A stretch of 64,000 nt of DNA from Andalucia godoyi And28 (lineage: Eukaryota; Protista; Jakobida): positions 248,001-312,000 of the forward strand of contig VRVR01000022.1 of NCBI GenBank assembly GCA_009859145.1. The letters run 5' to 3'. The notes under the pieces were generated by a model, which searched no databases, had not been told where the DNA came from, and worked only from the letters and a program-made list of their open reading frames with translations. Both the position numbers and the translations under genes were made by a program. The first letter of the stretch is position 1, and each line of letters begins with the position of its first letter. Below are positions 11,645-23,300 of the stretch, piece after piece.

Positions 11645-13243
11645 TTAGCCAGAACGAAATGATCTTCGAGCTCTTTTGGGATCCGAAACCCTTTGTTCTG
11701 AAGTTTGCTGCTGCTCGTCAATGTCCATAGGCGTCGCAACTGCACTAGATGGAAGAGGAGCACTGTGGACAGAGGCCGCGGAGCTGAACGCAGAGCTACC
11801 GGGAAACAGTGCAGAACCTTCCGCTGATCCTTGCCCCTCATCTTGCATGGATTGCACATCTTGCATGCCGGATTCCGTGTTTGAAAGCACAATTTGCGAG
11901 CCGTCGTTTGACGAATGCACAAACTGCTTGCGGAAGCGTTTCCCGGAAATCAGCGGACTTTCTAGGCTCCGAGTCGCACCATTCGACGACACAGAAGGCC
12001 TCAGCAAGTTTTGGTAAACCTGCAGAACAACTGCTGGCGTATCGGCTGGCAACGAAACCGCAGATTGCGCAGGAAGCGACACTCCAGCATGTTTGGGCGA
12101 CGGCGGAATTGGCTGTTGCGGCGGCAGCTGCATCCGGCGTTGCGACTGTTCGGCAGGCGCCGGTTTGGAGCTGGAAGCCTTCGCACCAGGGAGATGCGGT
12201 TCGAGTAAGGAGGCATCTGGCTTCGACGAGAGAAGCAAACATGGGGACAGAGATGACATGAGGATAGCCTTGAGAATGACTGTTCCATCGAACAGCTGGA
12301 ACTGCGCGCGCAGCAGCTGGCTTCTTTTCGCCTCGTACACGCTCCGAGATGGATCCGTCTCGCTATCCTCCAAGTCCTTTTCTAGCGGATCAATCACGAA
12401 CGCGGTACCAAAGTCCCCGATGAATTTCTTATCAATCAAGCGCTCGGATGCATCGTGCGCCGTGCCGTCGGCTCTCGAGATGAAATCCCGGTACTTTTCG
12501 GCCTGCTTTGGGTTCAAAAACACGAATCGCTTCTGTCGGAAGAGAGAGCTCCGCATCGGGTTCGGTAGGAGAGAAACGGACGATGCATATGGCTCAAGAA
12601 ACGCCCGAGCAGCATCGCCCCACTCTGGGATAAACATGGCAGGATCCGGCATCACGACATCCGGTCTTTCAAGGAGTCTTACTGCTTCGACCCACGAAGG
12701 CTTCACAACCGGGCATCCGCTCAGCAAGGCCACGATAAGCTTTGGTGTGATCTCCACGGACTCCATTACCAAATGGGTGCACTCTGCGACCCAGTTTGAG
12801 CCATAATGGACATGTGCACCAATGACGGAAGCATTTTCGGCCAGAGCACCGAGAGTTTTTCGATTTGAAATCAGGGACGGACACAGTACGTACGGAATGT
12901 ATCTGACTTTCATGGTAGTGGAAAGCAGCCCGAACCGAATTGTTGAGTCATGTACAAGCTCCATTTCTTCATTTGTGACTAGTTTCTGTTCATTCGGGCC
13001 CGTCACAATAAACGACCCATACTTTGACGTGTCCCGGAGTGATATTTGTGGCCGAAATGAAAAATCCGATATGTGGTCAGGAGGAATAAGCCCAACAACA
13101 AGCTGTGCATGCTTGCGAGAAATGGACTTGTCTTGAGACAGCAAAATGTCACAGCCTCGACGACCAATAAGATACGTCCCACCACCAATCAAGTGCAAGT
13201 CATGTGCCACCGCGTCCTTCTGCGTCGAACTCAAAATCCACAT
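11645..13243 (-). CDS. NBS1: Nibrin/NBS1 (FHA + BRCT domains, Mre11-binding motif)
   Basis: Starts MWILSS (NBS1 starts MWKL). FHA motif YLIGRRGCDILLSQDKSISRKHA, BRCT motif CTHLVMESVEITPKLIVALLSGCPVVKPSW, and C-terminal GKRFRKQ resembling the Mre11-binding FKKFKK. Confidence 0.85.
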   Translation of the reverse strand: MWILSSTQKDAVAHDLHLIGGGTYLIGRRGCDILLSQDKSISRKHAQLVVGLIPPDHISDFSFRPQISLRDTSKYGSFIVTGPNEQKLVTNEEMELVHDSTIRFGLLSTTMKVRYIPYVLCPSLISNRKTLGALAENASVIGAHVHYGSNWVAECTHLVMESVEITPKLIVALLSGCPVVKPSWVEAVRLLERPDVVMPDPAMFIPEWGDAARAFLEPYASSVSLLPNPMRSSLFRQKRFVFLNPKQAEKYRDFISRADGTAHDASERLIDKKFIGDFGTAFVIDPLEKDLEDSETDPSRSVYEAKRSQLLRAQFQLFDGTVILKAILMSSLSPCLLLSSKPDASLLEPHLPGAKASSSKPAPAEQSQRRMQLPPQQPIPPSPKHAGVSLPAQSAVSLPADTPAVVLQVYQNLLRPSVSSNGATRSLESPLISGKRFRKQFVHSSNDGSQIVLSNTESGMQDVQSMQDEGQGSAEGSALFPGSSAFSSAASVHSAPLPSSAVATPMDIDEQQQTSEQRVSDPKRARRSFRSG

Positions 13244-13748
13244 CTTTTCTTTTTTTCTTTTTGAACCCACCAGCCCCCCTCCTGCCTCGTGTTTCTCAAC
13301 TCTGCTCAACTCAGCTTGAATTTAACAAAAACAAACTACCTTTTGAAAAAACATTAAATAACCAAAACATTAAATAACCAAAACAAAACAAAAAAAAAAG
13401 ATTAATAAATAGTAATAATTAAAACAAAAACCTGTGTTACTGTTCTGATATGTTCTTCTTCCATGCATACACACATCAATGAAACTCTGAAGGAAACGAA
13501 GCCAAAGGGAAGTGGGAAAACACGCTTGAAGTGAATTTCGCATTGCAGGTTGAATCACTTGATGCTGAATGCGGGGGGCGTCTATTTTTATCACTTCTCT
13601 GCCATCATGAAACGAGAATGGAGCTGTTTTTGTGCGATGCTTTCCGTTGCTTTTCCTTTGGAATGTTTATTCATGTTTTTCAAAAAGGAAAAAGAAGAAA
13701 AAGAAGAAGAAAAAGAAGAGAGTAGCGCTGTGTTTTCCGTCCTGAATA

Positions 13749-14183
13749 ATGAAGATAATAATAGCAGTGGATGGCAGCAAGTCTGCGGATGCATGCTTTG
13801 ATTTCATTCGAGCAAACTTCAATCTTTCTGTTGTTTCCGACCTGATTTTGCTGACTGCTGTGGAAGGCCCGTCGTCGGATGCTGTGTATATATCCACGGA
13901 ACTTACGCGAGACATTGCGGCACAGTGTGACACGTTGGCTGCGGCGACACTGGATCGAATTGCGCATCTTGCAAAGGATGCAAAGTTTGCGAAAATCACC
14001 CGGTATGTCGCACATGGAAGACCGCAGCAAGTCATATTGGATGCTGTCGAGTCCTTCAAGGCAGATCTGCTGGTCGTTGGAAGGCAGGGACGAACAGCCG
14101 CTGCACAAAGAGTCCTGATGGGTTCCGTGTCGGAATTCTTAGTCAGAAACTCCCCGTGCACTGTCGCCGTTGTCAAGATGTAG
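13749..14183 (+). CDS. Universal stress protein (UspA domain)
   Basis: Motifs MKIIIAVDGSKSA, GRPQQVIL, ADLLVVGRQG and MGSVSEFLVRNSPCTVAVVK. Confidence 0.93.
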   Translation: MKIIIAVDGSKSADACFDFIRANFNLSVVSDLILLTAVEGPSSDAVYISTELTRDIAAQCDTLAAATLDRIAHLAKDAKFAKITRYVAHGRPQQVILDAVESFKADLLVVGRQGRTAAAQRVLMGSVSEFLVRNSPCTVAVVKM

Positions 14184-14623
14184 GACGAATCCCCCCTTTC
14201 CTCCTTCCCTTCCTGTTTCTCGTTCTCATTCTCGGTCTCCCAATATTTGGCGTCGTTTAACAAACAAACAATCAGTCAACAATGTATGCGATGTAATGCT
14301 GTGCAGCCCGTTTTGTAAAGGTTGCTTCCTTTTCTTTTTTTTGCGTTTAATAAAACAAAAAAAAAACCTTGTCTTTTTTTTTTTTGGTATTTGGCCTCCA
14401 AAGGCGCTGCCTCACCCAAGACGGCTTTGGATGGGAGGTGACGTTCAACGTTTTTTGCTCGCACTGCCTGTCGGAACCGGCATCAAAGCTGCCGGCATGC
14501 GGTTGCAAAAGGAACCTTCTTGTCGATCTGGGAACGAGAAAAACGCCCATTCCCATAATTTTTTCATCTATTTTTCTCTTTCAGCAATCGCATTCCCTCT
14601 GCTCGCTCGCTGTACAGATAACA

Positions 14624-17600
14624 ATGTCGGGTCCACTTACATTGGGCGTTCCTCAGTCATATACACATACGAGCCACCACGCATCGTCCGCGTCGAAGCG
14701 CAGTTCCAGTCCAGCAGCAGCCAGATCGACATCGCCCTCATCATCACCCTCACCTTTGCCGTCCTCACAGCCGTCTGCAAATCGCGGTTCTTCCAAAGCA
14801 CAATACTCATCATCATCGGCAGCACCATCGTCAGCAGCAGGAGCAGGAGCACCGGGTGCAGGAGCGGGAGCCGGGGCTGTGGTGGGGTCTTTATCGCTGA
14901 ATGCAAGTCGGACTTCGGCAACGGCATCGTCTCTGGCGACAGCAGTGAAGGTTCCGGCAGTCGCAGACTTCAGACCGAAATGGTACAGAATGGATGACGA
15001 CGAGTTCGACGACGAGTTTGTCGGCGGGAATAGAAAGCTTCTGACTCCGAGAATGGAGGAGCTGGCAAACACCCGGTCGCGGCTGGAAATCATGTTTGTG
15101 GACCAGCAGCAGAGTTCGCTTGAACACACGCGACTGCTCATGTCCATCCAAGAGTCCCTCTCGGCTGCACAGCTCGACGACCAGCAAAAGAGAGATCTTT
15201 CGCTCTCGGCATTGACTGACAAGTCAGGAACGTCTGGGTCGCGTCTTGAGGAGGGAGAAGACATATCCATGCTGCTGGATACGCCTCGAGAGGTATTTGA
15301 CAATGTGAAACTCGTGATCAATCGCGCGATAGGGAGAGTCGAGGACCAACTGATTCACATATGCCGCGTATTCTTGACGTTCTTTGAAAGTCTGCACGGA
15401 AAGAACAGTGGCGCAGCCGTGCTACCGGCAGTACTGGCTTCGGATAGTGTGGCAGAAGCGATGGCCAAGATTTCAGAAATCATGAAGCAAGGAAAGATGC
15501 AGTCGAATCAGGAGGTGCAAACCGAGTTGGTTGCGCGCAACGTGCGGGACCTTCGGAAGTCTGAGCGCTCCTTCACCGTTTCGACGCAGACAGAAGAGAT
15601 GACAGAGGCGAACGTTCTTCGTTTTCAGGAATTTTCGACCAACAAGTTAAAGAGAGAAATTGAGTCTTCCAAGAAAGCGTATGCTGAATTGCACCGTCTC
15701 TACCGGGCACAGCTGAAGGAAATCGAGTACCTTGAACAGGAAATGGGTGGAATGCAACAGTACCTGCAAACCGTGGACGAGTGTTACAATCGAACCGTGG
15801 ACGAAATGATGGAGTTTGAGCGATTGCGAAATCGGGCGGACGAGACGATCACGGCAGCGCAGGATCCGCGGGTCAGTATCCGGCAGTTTTTCTCAGATCG
15901 GTTTATGAGCTCGCTGAGCGGAAGCATCTCGGAGCGCGACCAAGGGAGGCCAACTTACACCGCCAGAGATATTGACGTTCTTACGCGAGTTCAGCGGAAG
16001 TTCCGCGTCGTGTTGGATCGCGTTCGGTGCGAGAATGAAGCATTTGCGGCGTATCGCCGTTTGCTGAATGGCAGGCTAGGGCGGCAGTATGCGCTCTCGA
16101 ACAGAGGACACTCAGGATTGGGCGGGCTTGCAGTCGACTTGAAGCAAGGCGTGCGAAAAGTGTATCGTCAGATAGCAGCAATTCACAAAGCACAAGCAAA
16201 GAAGGAACACGACGAGCCTGATTCTCTCTCCGAAAGTGGCTCGCAGAGCAGCGAGAGTTCGAAGAAACCCATTGGGGGAAGCGCTCTTCAACGGCAGCTT
16301 ACCGTGCAGCAACAGAAAGTCAAGACGCTCGTGTCGCGGAACGATTCCGGAACGAATGTCTTGGCAAGCGTGTCTTCTGTGAGCATGGAAGAGGATCTCA
16401 GCGCGCAGCTGGAGGAGTTCCGAAACATTTGGAGGTCCGTTGGTACTCGCATTCAGGAATCCTCTCATGTGGTTCGAGGCGCTCTGCGAAAAGGGTTCTT
16501 TTGGGTGTCTGACACTATTCGCAGGCTCGAAACATTGGTACTTCAAAAGTCGGCTAGGGTGGAAGAACTTCAAGCACACAATCGGAAGTTGGAGAAGGCA
16601 GTTGCTGACATGACCGTCAAGGTTGCTATGAAGGAAACGCATATCCATGAGGGAACCCAAACATCCGAGACAGTCTTCATCATCATGCAGTCGAAGCAGA
16701 AACGGTCACTTGCCTCCCAAACTCTTGAATCGTTCCACAATCGTCCGAACCGCTCAAATGTGGATGAGAGAGCCTATGTGCTCGTTGGAGGCATTGCAAC
16801 CCTCAATCCGTCGTCCTCGGATGCGGGGGTCACGGAAGTGGATGCAACGCCGTTTCCCCAGGCTTCTTCGAAAAAGCCTTCTGGAAAGACAGTGCATTCT
16901 TTGCATTCCAATGCGGACACACCGGTTTCGCTGCCGGCGCTGGCGAATCCTGGAAGCCTGAGCTCGCGTAGCGCAGGAGGCGGTAGCTCGAGTCCCAGTG
17001 ATCCGACAAGCGTACGCAGCTTGCCTGGTCTTCGTCGTCAGGGCACGATTCCTCAGAAGACTTTTGAGGAAGCCCTTTCTCCTCCTCGCAAGAGCAAGGC
17101 GATTTCTCGTGTTTCGTCGCCTGGAGATTCACGACCGTCGCGCGAACGGCCGTCGGTATCCCCACCGTCTTCGGCTTCTCCAGTTTTGCCTCCAATTCCC
17201 GTGTCCCTTGGCTACCAGTCTCCGCGTTATCTGGACGACGGGTCGTCTGTTGGTCATTCTCCTGGTCGTTCTTCTCCTGGCCGTACGTCTCCAAACCTCT
17301 CGAGTCCTGGAAGGTCTACTCCGGGAAGAGCGTCTCCTGGGATTTCCTCAACTGGAAAGTCGTCTCCTGTGCCAGCATCGCCGGGGCGCTCGTCGGCTGC
17401 GAGTCCTGTGCTGCAAAGAGTGAACATGAGCGGAGTTAAGGCCCACGGAACCGAACCAAGCGATGGCCCTCGCACTCGCAGAACCGAAGGAAGTGATGGA
17501 ACTCCGCGTATCAACATTAGTGGACCTGTCCATCAGCATCCAGATCCCCCGCGACAAGAAACGATGGCCCCACTCGGTGCTGAAGGGGGCGGAGGCAGGG

Positions 17601-17731
17601 GACTAGAACATGAAGAAGAAGTAGAAGTAGAAGATGACCGAGATGGCGGGGAGGCAAATGCAGATGTGTCGTCGATTGAAGACTCCGATTCTGACGACGG
17701 TTCCAACATTCTTCCTGTTTCTAGGTCCTGA
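14624..17731 (+). CDS. Uncharacterised coiled-coil protein with an IQ-like motif and an SP-rich tail
   Basis: Long ORF with first ATG at 14624. Heptad-rich segments, IQ-like VQRKFRVVLDR, S/P-rich N- and C-terminal regions. No family recognised. Confidence 0.7.
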   Translation: MSGPLTLGVPQSYTHTSHHASSASKRSSSPAAARSTSPSSSPSPLPSSQPSANRGSSKAQYSSSSAAPSSAAGAGAPGAGAGAGAVVGSLSLNASRTSATASSLATAVKVPAVADFRPKWYRMDDDEFDDEFVGGNRKLLTPRMEELANTRSRLEIMFVDQQQSSLEHTRLLMSIQESLSAAQLDDQQKRDLSLSALTDKSGTSGSRLEEGEDISMLLDTPREVFDNVKLVINRAIGRVEDQLIHICRVFLTFFESLHGKNSGAAVLPAVLASDSVAEAMAKISEIMKQGKMQSNQEVQTELVARNVRDLRKSERSFTVSTQTEEMTEANVLRFQEFSTNKLKREIESSKKAYAELHRLYRAQLKEIEYLEQEMGGMQQYLQTVDECYNRTVDEMMEFERLRNRADETITAAQDPRVSIRQFFSDRFMSSLSGSISERDQGRPTYTARDIDVLTRVQRKFRVVLDRVRCENEAFAAYRRLLNGRLGRQYALSNRGHSGLGGLAVDLKQGVRKVYRQIAAIHKAQAKKEHDEPDSLSESGSQSSESSKKPIGGSALQRQLTVQQQKVKTLVSRNDSGTNVLASVSSVSMEEDLSAQLEEFRNIWRSVGTRIQESSHVVRGALRKGFFWVSDTIRRLETLVLQKSARVEELQAHNRKLEKAVADMTVKVAMKETHIHEGTQTSETVFIIMQSKQKRSLASQTLESFHNRPNRSNVDERAYVLVGGIATLNPSSSDAGVTEVDATPFPQASSKKPSGKTVHSLHSNADTPVSLPALANPGSLSSRSAGGGSSSPSDPTSVRSLPGLRRQGTIPQKTFEEALSPPRKSKAISRVSSPGDSRPSRERPSVSPPSSASPVLPPIPVSLGYQSPRYLDDGSSVGHSPGRSSPGRTSPNLSSPGRSTPGRASPGISSTGKSSPVPASPGRSSAASPVLQRVNMSGVKAHGTEPSDGPRTRRTEGSDGTPRINISGPVHQHPDPPRQETMAPLGAEGGGGRGLEHEEEVEVEDDRDGGEANADVSSIEDSDSDDGSNILPVSRS

Positions 17732-17881
17732 TTGCCCCGACAAGTTTCACTGCAGGCAGCAGACAGCAGGTAGCAGGCCTGTTGTCGATGATGTTCTTGT
17801 TGCCACGCCATTTATTTGTTTTTTTAAATTTAAAAATAATAATAATAAGAAAAACGGAAAAAAAGAAAACTGCATTACGCT

Positions 17882-18919
17882 TTACGACTTTGTTTTGGGT
17901 TTCACATCCGCGTCATATACATCGCGAATAAAGATTGCGTCCTTGGGGTGTTCCTTGTCTCCTTCTTCATATGTGTAAGACACGGCAACTGCGAGCCGTT
18001 TCCCTGATTTGTCAAACGACAGGGAAGAAATGGACGATGCATACGATGAAAGCTGTGATATCCTTCTTCGTCCGCCGAGATCCCAAGTTTGGACGGTCCC
18101 ATCGCAACCGCCCGTCGCGATGCTTCCAAATATCGGATGGAACGACACAGCATTCACCGGATAAACGATATCTTCTGCGCCGTTCTCAGTCTTTTTTCTG
18201 TGGCATTTGAACGCAAATCGCTTGTCATCGTCCTCCACACGGTAGTACTCCACTGCAACGCGCCCCTCCACTGATCCAATGACGTAACCTTGGCCATTCG
18301 GCATGCACTCGACGCAGCGTGTCGGATACTTCAGCGCACTCGGTCTCTCGTCCTCTGGAACATCCAGCCGTCTGGAGTCAAACACGTAAATCTTCTTGTC
18401 CGACGTCGCAATCACGATTTTCCCAGATGCTTGTGCAATCGACATGCTGTACACTTTCCCATTCAGAATTGACTTTGCAACGCTATTGGACGTCGACAAC
18501 ACCGGTGACCGGGGGTCCCAGTACATCACCATGGAGTCCCATCCTCCGGACACCACAACCCGCTTCGAAGCTAGGTATCCTACGCACTTGACACAATCAT
18601 CATGGAATCCAAGTTTTGAACTTTTCGACGACGCAGTTCGATTCAGATCAAACATGCGCACCGTCTTGTCGAGCCCACCCGCAATCAGCTTGTGCTCGTC
18701 ATCCATAAACGACACATCCATCATGGGTCCACGGCACTGGAACGCATGCTCTAGAGTGCGACTGCCGCAATTATACAGCCTAACCTGCGAATCCCATGAC
18801 GAAACAGCAAGGATCGAAGAATCCACAAATTCTGGAAACGACAACGCCGTGATTCCATCCGTCGGAGCACTCGGGAGCTCAAACTGACTGGCGGGTGTCG
18901 TTCCGGCAGCGGATGACAT
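17882..18919 (-). CDS. BUB3: Mitotic checkpoint WD40 protein BUB3
   Basis: Motifs APTDGITALSF, LAVSSWDSQVRLY, SALKYPTRCV, GSVEGRVAVEY, FAFKCHR, YPVNAVSFHPIFGSIATGGCDG and AVAVSYTYEEG. Confidence 0.93.
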   Translation of the reverse strand: MSSAAGTTPASQFELPSAPTDGITALSFPEFVDSSILAVSSWDSQVRLYNCGSRTLEHAFQCRGPMMDVSFMDDEHKLIAGGLDKTVRMFDLNRTASSKSSKLGFHDDCVKCVGYLASKRVVVSGGWDSMVMYWDPRSPVLSTSNSVAKSILNGKVYSMSIAQASGKIVIATSDKKIYVFDSRRLDVPEDERPSALKYPTRCVECMPNGQGYVIGSVEGRVAVEYYRVEDDDKRFAFKCHRKKTENGAEDIVYPVNAVSFHPIFGSIATGGCDGTVQTWDLGGRRRISQLSSYASSISSLSFDKSGKRLAVAVSYTYEEGDKEHPKDAIFIRDVYDADVKPKTKS

Positions 18920-19260
18920 TCCTTACAAAAACGATCCCCCTGATAAAATGTACTTCAACAAAGTGAAGAAGGAAACAACACAAGAAAGCAAGCGATAAAT
19001 CGAGAGAGAAAATCAGAGAGAAAATCCGAGAAAAAAAGTCGAATGCATGCTGGGAAAACTGGCGGGAATCCTTTTTTTTTTTTGAAGTGCTTTTGAGAAT
19101 AACTGTCGTTCCGATGCGCCTCAAGTCCTCAAACTCAAATACGTGTCCTCTTCTCAATCTAGTTTCTGATTTCGTTTTTTAAAAAATAATATATTATCGG
19201 TTGGGTTTGTGTCAGAGGAAAAAAGAAAGAGGAATAGAAAACCGTGTCGTTGGCGACGAA

Positions 19261-20247
19261 ATGGAGAGACGGACGCATGTTTCTCGGTATGTGGTGCTGT
19301 CCAAGATTGGAGAAGGGTCATTTGGGGAGGTTCTGAAGGCTCGAGACTCGGAAACCGGCGAGATTGTGGCAATGAAGCGTGTTTTTCTGCGGTCAAAAGA
19401 TGAGAAGTCACGGCATCGAGCATCAGGAGAGCTAAATGCGCTGTACAAGCTGACACGATTGTGCTGTCGAAATATCGCAGTGCTGCGAGACGCGTCTTTC
19501 CACGCTCGAAATCTGGTTCTCGTAATGGAGTTTTATCCGTTGACGACAGCGGACGTCATTCGAAACCTGGATGTCCGGTTGTCGGAAGCAAATGTCAAGT
19601 ATTTGGTCCGCGAGCTTCTTGTTGCGCTTGATGGATGCCATGGAAATGGAGTCATGCATCGGGACGTCAAGCCTGCGAATGTGCTGCTTTCGGAAACGTC
19701 TGCGGTGCGATTGGGTGATTTTGGACTTGCGACGACTGCCTTGCCAGAAAAAAGGGCCCATACTCCGCAGGTTGCCTCGCGGTGGTACCGTGCCCCAGAG
19801 TTGCTGTTTGGAGCCACGGAATACTCGTTCGAGGTTGACATTTGGGGCGCTGGATGCATTTTTGCAGAGTTGTTGAGGCGCTGTCCGTTGTTCCGTGGAG
19901 ACTCCGACATTGATCAGCTGCGGTGCATTTTGAGCACTTTGGGCACTCCATCTGATGTTCGGTGGCCCTCGGCAGTCAATCTGCCTGATTTCAACAAGAT
20001 CATCTTTGAGCCCATGGAGCCCGTACCGATGTCACAAATCCTTCCCGCGGGAACGTCGGCGGATGCTGTGGACTTGCTTCAACGAATGGTCGCACTCGAT
20101 CCGGGAGCGCGGTGTTCGGCTTTCGATGCGCTGCGCCATCCGTTCTTTTGGTCGGAGCCGTATCCACAAGCACTGTCGTCTGCTCAGCTGGAATTGCTCA
20201 GCCTGACCGCAGAAGAGCGCGCTGATCGCGTGTTTCATGGGAGGTGA
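19261..20247 (+). CDS. Cyclin-dependent kinase-like protein, CDK20/CCRK-like
   Basis: Motifs IGEGSFGEV, VAMK, MHRDVKPAN, LGDFGLA, TPQVASRWYRAPELLFGA and GDSDIDQL. The T-loop most resembles CDK20 (THQVATRWYRAPELLYGA). Confidence 0.85.
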   Translation: MERRTHVSRYVVLSKIGEGSFGEVLKARDSETGEIVAMKRVFLRSKDEKSRHRASGELNALYKLTRLCCRNIAVLRDASFHARNLVLVMEFYPLTTADVIRNLDVRLSEANVKYLVRELLVALDGCHGNGVMHRDVKPANVLLSETSAVRLGDFGLATTALPEKRAHTPQVASRWYRAPELLFGATEYSFEVDIWGAGCIFAELLRRCPLFRGDSDIDQLRCILSTLGTPSDVRWPSAVNLPDFNKIIFEPMEPVPMSQILPAGTSADAVDLLQRMVALDPGARCSAFDALRHPFFWSEPYPQALSSAQLELLSLTAEERADRVFHGR

Positions 20248-20252
20248 CAAAT

Positions 20253-20287
<35 letters not shown>

Positions 20288-20367
20288 CTCATTCGGAAAC
20301 ACAGAGCCAAGGCGAACGAGGTGGCGCAAATCGCTTCCCTTCATTTTTACAATTTGACGTTCATGCA

Positions 20368-23300
20368 TCAGGCTTCATTAAGCGCATCCTGGAAGGAAGG
20401 GTTTACAAAACCCATTTCGACCTCGCGAGCTTCAAATGGCTCATCATCCTCATTTGCCATTGCTTGTTCTTCGTTTGTAGACACTGCAAATGCAGACGAA
20501 GCATCACGTCCCATTTTCGTGAATTGAGAAGTGCCTTTGGTATTCGACCCATTGGAAATCGCAACGGATATAGGAAACTCCAACAACGGTGGCAAAGACA
20601 GCGCCTCTCCAACCACCACTCTCCAGTCGGAAATCTGGCCAGGTTCTCTGGCGAAAAGACTTCCATAATATTTTTCCTCTGGAAGATCCATGACACGCAC
20701 GAACAGCTCTTCTAACAGATCCTTCCTGGTCGGGAACGGGCGCTTATATCCGGATTGCATGAATCGCACTAACCGAGTAGCATGAACTGCAGTCTGCCGC
20801 ACTAACTCGCCCAGCACCGCTTTGGAACAGACCATGTTGTTCAGAAGAGGTCCAATGTGCTGCAATCCGATTCCTTCTTTGGTGTACACTCGAATGCGAT
20901 ACAATCCACTCGGCAACGGGTACACCACGATGTGTACAAAGTTGAACTGACTGCGAATTGTCTTCACACGATAGTCATGGTAATGATCCGAGTAAATGAT
21001 ATGCACATGATCGTTTCCCACATGTCGCTTTTTCGCGATTTGCTGCTTGTCTCCTTCCTTGGTGGGCATCATTGTAGGAGCGTGGAACGCCACCTCGCAT
21101 TTGTGATCTGCGTAGTACGGGGAAAACTGGCCCGTGGACATGTCAAGGCCACCAAGAAATCCGTCATGTCTCGAAACATCCACCAACCACCCCAGCGAAC
21201 GGAGAAAATCATTGTATGCGTCGGAGCCGGAATCGTTCTCCAGAATCTCGTGCTGTGCTTCTTGTCCGTGCCCGACGTAAATGATTCCAATCTTGTGGCA
21301 TTCTCGCTCCGCCGTGCGATCCAACATTCGCAGACTTCGAAAAGTGTTCTTCTGGCTGGTGTCCAGTCGAAGAAAATCCGACCGGAATGAACGGTCTGTC
21401 AACCCTAAATGGCAAAGTGCCAGACGAGAATAATTAATCCTCGATGCATAGTTCGACGGTGCGAGTTCTTCAAACGGAAGCGCAACGCAAGACGACGACG
21501 ACCAGGGATCCATAGGTCCTCGCGGGTTCGCAAGATCATCCGCAACAGCAGCAGAAAATTCCTTGCGCAAGACTGTGGACAAAGGGGGCTCGTCCCGACT
21601 AACTGTCGACACCTTTCGTTGTCTGACATCGCTACGCGACATTCTTCGAGACAGCTCCGTAACTGTGTGATCCAGCAAATCCCACTTGGATGGATCAAGC
21701 GGCCCAGTAGAGTATGATCGAACCACCTGATTCGACGCATCATCCTCCGCCAAGGATGCCAAATCCGCTCGCAAACGGTCCATATAAACGGGCGATGCCG
21801 ACGACTTCATGCTCAAAACAGCAGCAGACGCGCGCGCTTGCTGCGCTTCCAGTTCAAGCTGCAGATCCGCTTGCAAATCCGACAGAATGGCCTTGTCCTG
21901 GGAAGCGATGAAAATCTCTTCAGTGGAACCGGTAAGTTGCTGCTTCTCTCCACGGACGATGGAAAAGTTCCACGAATACCGGCCAGTCATATTGCGCACC
22001 ATGATTGTGGACTGAACAGAAGAATCCTGAACGCATGCCTCAGGGTCCACCACCGACGGATTTCGCTCCACAACAGAAACCACGGAGTTGTTGTTCATCA
22101 AGAAGAATTCCGTGTTCGGCTTGCCTTTCGAAACACCAATAGCCGCAGCATCGTCTTCTGGAGACATGTCGTCATCGACGAGTGACGACATGCGAGAAGC
22201 ACCAGCTGTTGTGGGAAAATGGGCCACCGTGTTCAAAATCGAAAAGTAGAGGAACAAAGCGGCTTCTTGTATGCGACGAGGGAACTGTGCAATGGGACAG
22301 GCACTAGGTGGTTTCGGAGCAGCCTTCGACGACTTTCGACTATCCGTCTGGTTTGGGGAGAGCGTTTTTCTATCCCTTTCCTTATCCTTTTCTGTTGTTG
22401 CCGGAGGCGTGGACACCTCACTAAGATTGCTTTCTGTTTTCTGTCCGTACTGAAATCCCATCAAGGCGACGTCAATGCATCTAAACATCTGCGATGCAAC
22501 ATCGGAGCCGGTCGTCAGCCTCTGAGGGTACGCAACAGTCCAATCGACTATAGCATAAAAGGACTCCTCAATGACAGTCTGCTCCGCATCCGATGCCACG
22601 CGATTTGCGGCCACAATACTGGATAAGAAATGGTCTGTGAGTGTGCAAAGCGAAGAAATGGCAAGAGTTGGAAACTTGAGAGACGGCAGAACTCGCGGAT
22701 CACTTGGAATAAACGATAGGGACGACAGTGCCTTGAACGCAGTAACGCACACGTCATATGGCCAGCGTCCAGGAGAGCACAACGGTTCTGTAATGCTCCC
22801 TACTATTGTGTCCACCATTGCAGAGAATCCGCGCGACGACTCATCATACGCGAACAATACCAAGCACCAAAGCAGCATTTGCAAGCACAGCGGATCCGAC
22901 TCCGATCGAATACAATCGAGAAGGAGATCTCGGAGACGGGGCTTCACAGTCATGTACAAACTGCCCACTGCAATCGCATCTTCATTTCGACGGATCATAC
23001 CCTCCTCAGAAACAAGGAAGTGATTGGGGACAGAAATGAACGACCCCAAAATCGTGATAGCTGCTTTCCTGTGCTCCGCTCGAAACGTCGCCGGAGTTTT
23101 CAAAACGACTTCCAAGAAGCCCAAATAGAAAGGAACCAGCATTCGGCTTCCTGGAAATTCCATCGCAAACAGCGATTGCCCATGAAAAAGGATGGCTTCC
23201 TGCGAGAGAACATCGTGCTTTGTAATTCCAATGCGCAGCACAGCATAAAATCTCGCAAGATACTGAGGATCAACGGATCCTCCCGTATTTCGACAAAAGA

